DNA of 64,000 nucleotides from Plasmodiophora brassicae (Eukaryota): NCBI GenBank assembly GCA_036867785.1, contig CP145420.1, positions 992,001 to 1,056,000 of the forward strand, read 5' to 3'. Shown piece by piece: positions 36,785 to 46,400 of this stretch (position 1 is its first letter; each line of letters starts with the position of its first letter). The notes under the pieces were generated by a model. It saw only the letters and a program-made list of their open reading frames with translations, ran no database searches and was not told where the DNA came from. The position numbers and the translations under genes were made by a program.

Positions 36785-37822
36785 ATGGCGTCCCTCGATG
36801 GCGCGTTTGAAGTGATCTCGGAACGTCCGGCGCCGAGCTCGAACAAGAAAGGGAAGAAGGGCGGCTCGCGTGACGACAAGCGCCGCCTGAGCGACGAGGA
36901 GTTCGAGCGCGCCCTGCAGGCCCAGCAACGGAAGAAGAGCGTCTCGCTGGTCGAAGTCATGCAGTCCATCGAGAATTACCACGTCGGTGATGGCGTTGCC
37001 GATACGAAGCCGTCGAACGCTGACGACGCCTGTTAGTTCTGCGACGACCCGTACGCCGTCTGCGCCGAGTTCTTCGGCACCTACATCTTCCTGTTCGCCA
37101 CAACGCTCGCCGTCACGTACTCCGGCGGCCAGGTCTTCAACATCGGCACGAGCTATGGCCTGACACTCGCCGTGGTCATCTTCATCACGGGCCCCATCAG
37201 CGGTACGTCTTTGAACACACACCAGCTGTGTCGCTGTCGGTGCTCAAGGTCCTTCCTGGCTGCAGGCGGGCACATTAACCCGGCGGTAACGTTCGCGCTG
37301 ACGCTCCATCGCATTCTGGACTGGAAGATGGCGCTGTACTACGTTGCGGCTCAGTTGCTGGGTGCCGTCTGTGGCGTTGCGACCGCGTACGGCATCTCGG
37401 ACGAACTCATCGGCAGCATCTTCGTCAACGAGAGAGTGTCGCCGGCCGCCGGGTTCTTCGGCGAGGCCATCGGCACGTTCGTCCTGGTCCTGACTGTGTA
37501 CGCGACGGCCGTCCACACAGGCAAGGGCGAAACGTCGCGTACGAAGGAGATCCACAATGGCCTGGCGCCGTTCGTGATCGGGCTGGCCGTCTGGGCGATG
37601 CATTTCTCGTTGGTCGGCGTCACCGGCTGCGGTATCAACCCGGCCCGCTTCTTCGGCACTGCCGTGGTCCTGAACCGCTGGAACGGCTACGAATGGGTCT
37701 ACATCATCGGGCCGCTGTTCGGCGCCCTGATGACGTTCCCGGTCCAGAAGGTCCTGTACCGCGCCGCGTCGGAGGCTTCACGCGACGCAGCGGACGCCGA
37801 ATGCCAAGACGACCAAGTCTGA
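36785..37822 (+). CDS. Aquaporin (MIP family), two introns
   Basis: AEFFGT, SG|GHINPAVTF, GEAIGTFVLV, GCGINPARFFG and WVYIIGPLFGA. Both NPA motifs are intact. Confidence 0.93.
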
Positions 37823-38002
37823 ACTCACCTGAGGACCTCACGACCCTCGCAGCATGCATCACAACCCATTCGTTCGAGACATACACCGACCGTCGCCAGT
37901 GTCGCAAACTTGCACGGAGCGTTTCACAGCGCTCGGGATGGGGATTGTCGGCGCGTGGCACGCGTACCTATTCCTGGCGCGGTGTCCGCGTCCGGGTGCA
38001 GT

Positions 38003-38660
38003 CTGCAGCTCCGCACAGTGACGGTTCGTCCGTGCCGCGCAGCGACTGGTACAGTAGCAGCGTTTTTACTATGTATTCTTCTCGGGGACGGACGGCGATG
38101 CATCGCCGCCAGTGCCGGTGCTGCGCGGGCTGGACGAGTTCCGCTTCAGGAGCAGCGTCTGCGCCCTGTTCAGCGATTGCCTGGCGGTGCGAACCGATTT
38201 CGGTGGTCCGACACCCGCTGACGCGGGGGAATCGGACTCCGAATCGGATGCGGCGTCCCAGGCCGACGCGCTCTTCGTCGCCGTCGCTCCTCCTCCGCCT
38301 GCCGGCGCTTCCTCCACCGTCTCCAGCTTCTGTTCCGCGTTGTTGTTGAAGTCGACAAGGCGGTAGAGCGCCTTGGCATCGACGACCGCGTTGTCAGGGA
38401 CCTTGTTGTTCCTGGCGATTCGGACGCTGCCGGGCGACGAGATGCCCAACGGGCGCAGGTTCCCATTGGACAGCAACGAGTTGGCGAGCGTGACCGCCTC
38501 CTGCTCATCACAGGGCTGGTTCTTGGCGATACAGCTCCCGACTCTCCGACTTGCGGTAGATGTACTCCTTGGCGGGGACGATGATGTACTCGAAGCACTC
38601 CAGGACCCCGTGGATCAGCGTGTCTGACAGGTCAGCGAACATTGGGATCTGGCGAATCAT
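38003..38660 (-). pseudogene. Truncated, internally deleted duplicate of the 3' end of the CNG channel gene
   Basis: 38003-38540 matches 43336-43885 and 38542-38660 matches 44307-44422. About 420 bp between these segments is missing and the frame is broken. Confidence 0.9.
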
Positions 38661-39289
38661 TGAATGTGCAAGCAGCGCTGTTCACCCAGAGAAATTGGGG
38701 CGTTTACACAAGTGGAGCAGGTTGCGTTGTCTTCGTACGTCGTGCGTTGGCCCATGCCGACATGGGCGTCGGCGACGTCGGCATGGACGCAAGCAGGGCA
38801 TGAAGGCGCATCACGACGTCGGCGACTTGGGGCATCTGGCGACGACACGCCCCTGGCCAAGAGGGGCAAGGCGTCCAGTAGGCCATGTTATGTGGAATAC
38901 GGCTCCGTTGGCCCATGGCGCTGGTCACAGGCGACTTCGGCGTGCAGGCAGGCACGAGCGACAGGTCGTCCTATCACTTTGCCGAGACCGGTCTCGATCC
39001 CGCAGCGACCCTTTCTGTGACGATCCTATCGAAGTACTGTAATCAGTTCGTTATATATCATCAGGCGTCGACTCTTGCGTCCGGCCGCCCCCCGACACAC
39101 GTGCGGGCACTACCGTGTTTGTCGGCGCTCCAGCCGTTTGGGAAGCAGATATTGCCTCCTCGTCCTTGCCCGCCATCGCGTTGCCTGTTCCGCCGCGCGT
39201 TCCCGGTATGCTCGTAGCATTTCCGCACCGGTGCATGCCGACTCATTCGGTTGGCCAAGGTGTTGACAGCCAAGCTCGCGATCGTGGTG

Positions 39290-40104
39290 ATGGTTGGATC
39301 CAGAGCACATGCCGGCGTGGAATGGGTCCTATTTTGGTTACACAGCACAGTCTCCCTTGCGGCGTCAGCGTACCCGGTACCGCCAATCGTTGTCAGTTTC
39401 ATTTTGGAAAGGATGCAGTTGCCATCGAGCGTCGTCGAGCATCTTCGCGGAAACGCGGGGCGGCGCGCCGCGTCAAGCTTCGATAATGTCGAGATTACGA
39501 TCGAAAATGACACTGGGCGTGCGACGATAGCCGTCCAGCATGCCAATTATATCGAGCTGGTCGCCACTGGAACCCCGACGGCGGGGCGGAACCCGTTACC
39601 TGCGTACGCAGGTAAACCTATACACGCCATCATCAGGTTGTTATATTCACGTTCTGCTATGCAGCACCCGCCGTGTCCTTCACGGCGGGAAACAAGACGC
39701 TGACGGCACACAAGATCAAATTCTATGTTCGGCAGCTTCTAGGCGAGCGGACAGTGGCCGCCCTGATCAAGCGGCCCAAAGGCGCCTGGGTCCTGAAAAA
39801 GGCAGCTGACGTCAACGGTTTGTCATCCCGTCTGCAAACGTCAAGGCGACGGCCTTTTTGAGGTAACTGGTCACGTACAGTGCCGGTAGCCGTGTACCGC
39901 CTGGTTCGACGCCTGCGAGGTTTGTCCGTCAAGTTCGAGCTCAATCCGATATTCTTGGGCAACAGGTCCACCTCGTTTCGTAATATCATGATCATGGACC
40001 TCGATAACCTATCCATCGTCCTGAGAAGCATCGGCGGTGGCAGTCGGTTAATTCCGTGTTATGGAGACAATAGTCGTCCGTCGTGTCGTCTCCTGACATC
40101 TTAA
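39290..40104 (+). CDS. Putative secreted protein of about 238 aa (IR3 left paralog)
   Basis: Signal-like start MVGSRAHAGVEWVLFWLHSTVSLAASA. Introns 39612-39664 and 39818-39862 give an uninterrupted frame. Many differences from the right paralog are synonymous. Confidence 0.7.
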
Positions 40105-40201
40105 CCGACTGCCGAAGCCGTCGGTTGCCGTGGACGTTTATTCAAACTGCGCGGCTGCGCGACCCCCGTCGCGGCCGTGCCATAACATATCCGTGGTGAA
40201 T

Positions 40202-41019
40202 TTATGACCGGTCCAGGGGGATAGTACTGACGTGATCAGCCCAGCTGGGCATTTGAAGGCTGGCTTGCTGCTCGCCGCCGATGCTTGACAGGACAATGGA
40301 TAGGTTATCGCAGTCTATGATCGCGATTTTACGGAACGAGGTGGACTTGCTGCCCAACATAATCGCCTGTAGTTCGTCCTTGAACGACAAACCTCGCAGG
40401 CGTCGAACCATGCGGTACACGACTATCGGCACTGTACGTGACCAGTTACCTCAAAAAGGCCATCGCCTTGACATTTGCAGACGGGATGACAAACCGTTAA
40501 CGTCAGCTGCCTTTTTGAGGACCCATCCCTCCGGCCGCTTGACCAGGGCGGCCACCGTCCGCTCGTCCACGAGCTGGCGAACAAAGACTTTTATCTGGTG
40601 TGCCGTCAGCACCCTGTTTCCCGCCGAGAACGACACGGCGGGTGCTGCATAGCAGAACGTGAATATAACCACCTGATGATGGCGTGTATAGCGTTACCTG
40701 TGTACGCAGGTAACGGGTTCCGCCCCGCCGTCGGAATTCCAGAGGCGACCAGCTCGATATAATTGGCATGCTGGACGGCTATCGTCGCACGCCCAGTGTC
40801 ATTTTCGATCGTAATCTCGACATTATCGAAGCTTGACGCGGCGCGCCGCCCCGCGTTTCCGCGAAGATGCTCGACGACGCTCGATGGCAACTGCATCCTT
40901 TCCAAAATGAAACTGACAACGATTGGCGGTACCGGGTACGCTGACGCCGCAAGGGAGACTGTGCTGTGTAACCAAAATAGGACCCATTCCACGCCGGCAT
41001 GTGCTCTGGATCCGACCAT
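40202..41019 (-). CDS. Putative secreted protein of about 239 aa (IR3 right paralog)
   Basis: Same start and same two introns as the left copy, with an intact frame. It has a one-codon indel and a different C-terminal tail. Confidence 0.7.
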
Positions 41020-41193
41020 CACCACGATCGCGAGCTTGGCTGTCAACACCTTGGCCAACCGAATGAGTCGGCATGGTCCTACATAGGTACATAGGTATTT
41101 GGTTACACATCGCAGTCTCCCTTGCGGCGTCAGCGTATCCGGTACTGCCAGATTCATTTTGGATATGGATTGCAGTCGCCATCAAGCGCTATT

Positions 41194-43335
41194 TAGCGGA
41201 CTATTAATAGCGGAAACCGGCCGCCTGACGCCGCGGCATGCGCACGGCACCCCCATCTCTGCCATAATTGCTTGCGCCGTCTGCGTTCTGTGAAACGGAA
41301 CCTTGTTTTCCGTTCGAACCACGCTTTGTATCGAGCCGTACCATGGCGCCGCGCATGACGACAGGGATAATCGATCTGAACGAGCTCATAGCGCTTTAGT
41401 GGGGCCGTTGTTGTCATTGGGTACGTGGACTGCGATCTAGCCATTGATGAAGACCGTGTTCGACAGCACGGCGCCCAAGATCTCGTGCAACCCGGCCGGC
41501 CTCACGCCGCATGAACAAGAAGACTCCTGTTTCTACCGCGCTATGTAGGCAGCGTCGTTCCTGAAGACCTCACCCTGCTCAGGGACTTCATGGACTTGGT
41601 GAATCCGGTATACTACCCTCGCCGCGCGCATGTAATCGATACTGGACTGATGCCCGCGCGCACAACAGGACATTGACTGGGTGCCAATCGCAAAGGACTT
41701 TGTCAACCATATTCTCCGGGAGCGACCTTTCGAGTACAATTACCGGCTTCTTGAATTGGCCCACCGCTACAACGTGAGCCGGCTCATTTTGTCTATGGGG
41801 TACTACCTGAAACTTCCAACGACAGAGGCACCTGCCATACGCGGTGTTCCACTGTACGATTGGCAGCACGTTGTTACTGCTTCATCTTACCCCACGCTGC
41901 AGGTCTGATGACGTCTGTGCCATCTGCCTAGAACCGTGCACGAGGATTTACCATCTCGCAAAGCTGTCAAATTGCAGCCATCTCTACCATATGAACTGTA
42001 TCGTCGGCTGTGTTAGGACAACAGGCTTGCCCAATGTGCAGGACAGACATGAAGGTCGATTGGTTTATCCCAGTGCCATATCCTAACGGGATTTCCGGAA
42101 CATGATGTCGAGGAAGTTGTACGCGCCTGGAACAGCGCGTTGACCCCGAGACACTGGACGTGATTTGACGCGTAACCGCCCTAAGCGACATTGCAGAAAG
42201 CCCTAGATCAGCGCGTCGCAATGGAATATACATTGTAATGCGTCTCCACTTCCCAATATTGTGCCGGGGGTTGACCTACGAGCAACAGACAGCCAACTGA
42301 CTCTCTGGGGGTGGTGCTGTGCACGGTAGCTGGCCGACTCGAACCACTTCATGGCGTGCACTATTGCATATACACCATGGCTTGCCGCACAGCACGGCGG
42401 TACGGCCAATCGCCCAGCGTCCGTCGCTATAACGTTTGAATCTGGATCGGGCTTATGCCGACAATTTAAAGCCTCCGAGCAGGGAGGACGCCGCGACCCA
42501 CTCGCCGCGACGAGATCTCTCGAGATGGCGGCGGGGAGTTCCACCACGTAATTGACACAAGTGTCTGCGCTCCTCCGTACCAGCATGATTCGGTCGTCGC
42601 ATGCCCGGAAGATCATTCGCAAATAGTTTGACGTTTCCCTAGTCACGCTCTGGACTCCGTACCCGCCTGACATATCGAATGCAAGGGTTGTAGTGCGTTT
42701 ACAATGAAACGTGGCTGCCGTGATCCAGGTGGTGATGGATTCCATCGCAGCCGCCCTGCAGCTGAACGGGATGTAGACCAGCTGGAGGGTGGACGCAGGA
42801 CGATTCCTGCACCGCTGCCCCGTACCTTCAGTGGCAGCAAAGCGGAGCGCAAACGTCCACATGCTGCCTGTACGTACGCTGCCGGTAAGAGGTTGGTACG
42901 ATCAGTACGCGGCCGTCAGGAAGCAGCTCCCGAAGCACTCCTTAACGGCCATCCGCAATGACGTCCGTTTCACGCTAGCCATGCAGATGGCTGTGAAGGG
43001 GTACTTCGGGAGCTGTTTCCTGACGGCATCCACATTGAGTCCTTTAGCAAGTAGTTCGTGTTTCATCTCATCCTGGCGACTTCGGCAAGCATTAGAGCAG
43101 TAGCGCAGTATCGTTCAGAGTGAGGGTATGGGCGCACACGAAACGTACTCGTGAACACCTTGTACATGAGCAGGAACCCACCGAATCCGTTTTCTGCTGT
43201 AGCGCGGAACACCCGTCTTGCGATTGGATTGGAATTCCACCCGTTCAGCTTAACGGTCTCGTTCTTATGACAGAAAGGGCAGTTAATCCGGGAAGTAGGA
43301 TTTCGAGGAGAAAGCATTCTGGTACGAACGTATCA
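41194..43335 (+). repeat. Segmental duplication block, copy B (degenerate direct repeat of 32188-35233)
   Basis: Colinear with copy A but carries multiple deletions, including the IR2 centre. Confidence 0.93.
41400..42168 (+). pseudogene. Pseudogenised copy of the SKP1-like/RING-H2 gene
   Basis: The ATG and signal-peptide segment are deleted. There is a frameshift inside the RING after HMNCIVG and a premature stop. Confidence 0.8.
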
Positions 43336-43403
43336 TCTGCAGCTCCGCACAGTGACGGTTCATCCGTGCCGCGCAGTCGACTGGTACAGTAGCGGGCGTT
43401 TTA

Positions 43404-46400
43404 CTATGTATTCTTCTCGGGGACGGACGGCGATGCATCGCCGCCAGTGCCGGTGCTGCGCGGGCTGGACGAGTTCCGTTTCAGGAGCAGCGTCTGCGCC
43501 CTGTTCAGCGATTGCCTGGCGGTGCGAACCGATTTCGGCGGTCCGCCACCCGCTGACACGGGGGAATCGGACTCCGAATCGGATGTGGCGTCCGATGCCG
43601 ACGCGCTCTTCGTCGCCGTCGCTCCTCCTCCGCCTGCCGGTGCTTCCTCCGCCGTCTCCAGCTTCTGTTCCGCGTTGTTGTTGAAGTCGACAAGGCGGTA
43701 CAGCGCCTTGGCATCGACGACCGCGTCGTCAGGGACCTTGTTGTTCCTGGCGATTCGGACGCTGCCGGGCGACGAGATGCCCAACGGGCGCAGGTTCCCA
43801 TTGGACAGCAACGAGTTGGCGAGCGTGACCGCCTCCTGCTCATCACAGGGCTGGTTCTTGGCGATGAACGCGAACAGCTCCCGACCGGTGTGCAGGTTCT
43901 GGCTGACTGGGGACTCCGGCGCCATCGCATAGAAGTTCTTCGCCACCATCATCCGGATCAGCGACGACGTCACCGAATCGACGGGCGTGTCCGACGCCTC
44001 CGACTCGGTGACCTCATCGATCAGCTTCAGGTGCTCGTCCTCACTAAACTCGTCCAGCACCTGTTCCAGCGCGTCCGCCGTTAACGTCGCTAGCGTGCAA
44101 CCTATGTCACGACGTAAGTACGCTTGCTGTGGAGCGCACGGTCGCTGCCGTACCTGTGTAGGTTCGGACAGTGGTGTCACGAAGGCCGATCTTGTTGAGG
44201 ATGGCCTCCTCGCCGAAGAACGACCCGGGCCCCATGAAGATGTTCTCGTTGCCGCTGTGGCCCATGGCGACCTCGCCGTCTAGGACAATGTACATGTCGC
44301 TGCCCATCTCCGACTTGCGGTAGATGTACTCCTTGGCGGGGACGATGATGTACTCGAAGCACTCCAGGACCCCGTGGATCAGCGTGTCTGACAGGTCAGC
44401 GAACATTGGGATCTGGCGAATCAGCGTCAGCGTGATGTGCTCCAGGACGCGCAGGCGGATCGCCCGAGGCAGGTCAGCAATGGCCTGCTTCAACCCGACG
44501 CCTTGTGTGCCTGCGCGCAGAGGTCGTTGAGCAATCGGATACGCGCGACGCCAATGGCGCAAGACCTACATTCCCATCTGTATCTGAGGTAGGAACGAAC
44601 GCGCCGTTGCAGCGCCAACGGGAAGTGCTTATACTTCATGAACTTGTTGATGTTGTCGACGTCGAGCTGGTGGACGAAATGGAGAGGGTCGAAATGGGAG
44701 ACCATGACGCTGATGTCACCGATCAGGTAGGCGACGCCGAACAGGCCCAGCATGGTCGAGATGATGACGTAGATCTGCTGTAGTTCGGTCATGGCCTCCT
44801 GGGGTGGTTTACTGCCACGGCCGGTCAGGATCTTTAACGCCACCAGCACCGCCACGCTGTACTGCTGGAACAGGTTCTGCGAGGCGACGTGTTCCTGAGG
44901 CAGGAAGTCTAACGGTAACGTCAGCATCCGCGCGATACCACAATTCAAGCAAGCGTACCATCAGACGTGTCAGGGGCGAACCCTTCCAACTTCGTCAGGC
45001 CAAAGTAGCCACAGGCGACGACGTGTGTAAACAGCCAGAAGGTGATGACGGATCTGGTCAGCTTAGCAACGGTCGTCTGCACAGTGATCGCCTGCTTGGC
45101 GGCGAAGTATCGCACCAGGCCCAGAAGGCGCGGCACGCGAAACATGGGGTTGAACATGTTGATGAAATGCAATGGAAGCAATGCCAGCATGTCGAAGAAG
45201 AACCCGCCTACGGTATCGAATGGGTATCGAGCGAACACTGCAGTAGCAGCATCGTTCACCTGTGAGGTATTTACGGGCGATAGCGCGACGGGATGAGACG
45301 AGTTCGCCGTTGAACGAGTACTGCTGGTGGAACAGCGCGATGATGCAGAACGTACTCAGCATGTCGACAAATGCATCGAAGGACAGCACCGAAATCAGCA
45401 TGGTGTGATGGAGATCGAAGCCGATCCTCAGCAGGACGGCGAACGCGTTGTACAGGGCAATCACCTCCTGCGTCCTGGCGATCAAATTTCCGATTCGCGA
45501 CCGGTAGCTGAACAGCGGCAATCGCCACCATCTTCCAGCGTGCATGTCCACGAACATGATATCCGGCATAACCTGGGGACGCCCACCGCCTTTCCCTTTC
45601 ATCATCTTCGCCATGACGGCCGCTTCCGTCGGGAACGCCGACAGCACAGACGTCACGTCCGACGCCTGCAGGACGAACAACTGGCAGAACGTTCGCGACA
45701 CGTAAGAGTGCGTCACGATCGCCTGCGAACGCAGAAGTTCATCACCGAACATGTCGCCCGTCCTGGCGCAGCGTTTCAGCAATGCGGCGAGTCGTGCCGC
45801 GAACCGTGGCCTACCGAAGGGACTGACGACGTTCGCCCTTGCGCGAGATCACGTCGACAACGCCATGGTTGATGAAGCAGATGCCGAACGGCGGCTGCCC
45901 GTCGGTCATGATCTTCTCGCCTGCGTTCGAGTCATATATGTGCCACAGAGGGTTGCCTGCAGTTCCCTGGCCAGAACGTACCTGGAGAGCGCACGACCAT
46001 GTCCATGCGTTTGGACAGTTCGCTGAGGACCGACGCAGGCATCCGCTCGAAGAATTCGACCTGCGTGGACGTTGGTGAATATGCGCGCCAGTAGGCGAAT
46101 GCACACTGGGCACAACCTTGGACAGATGCGTCCTGTAAATGAAGGTGGAGACGTCGACCCCGATGCAGACGGGCAGGGTGTGCAGGACGGATTCAGCGTC
46201 GAATCCTCGAGCGGATTCCCAGGTATACCTGAAGAGCCGATTGGTCATCCGCCTACGCAATGACGACGCGATACACGACCACGTACCTGTAGAATTCCAT
46301 CAGGTCGTCGCTGAGCGGTGCCGGGATGCTGTGCATCTTGATAAATTTCTCCACGATGGAGAGGCGCAGGTCGAGATTCTCGCGGCGCGCCGTGTTCCTG

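Larger units (their letters stand above)
39234..41075. repeat. Long inverted repeat IR3 (arms 39234-40037 and 40275-41075, about 237-nt spacer)
   Basis: The outer 330 bp or so are near-identical reverse complements. The inner 470 bp or so are diverged but colinear. Confidence 0.95.

Noticed and set aside
38660-39230. Possible protein-kinase tail remnant (PQVADVVMRLHALL, minus strand)
   Set aside because: It is a single short resemblance with no other kinase subdomain motifs.
30910-41075. Inverted repeats as terminal inverted repeats of DNA transposons or as assembly chimeras
   Set aside because: I saw no TSDs or enclosed transposase. The arms carry substitutions and indels, and one repeat has an independently collapsed copy, which argues for real, aged structures.
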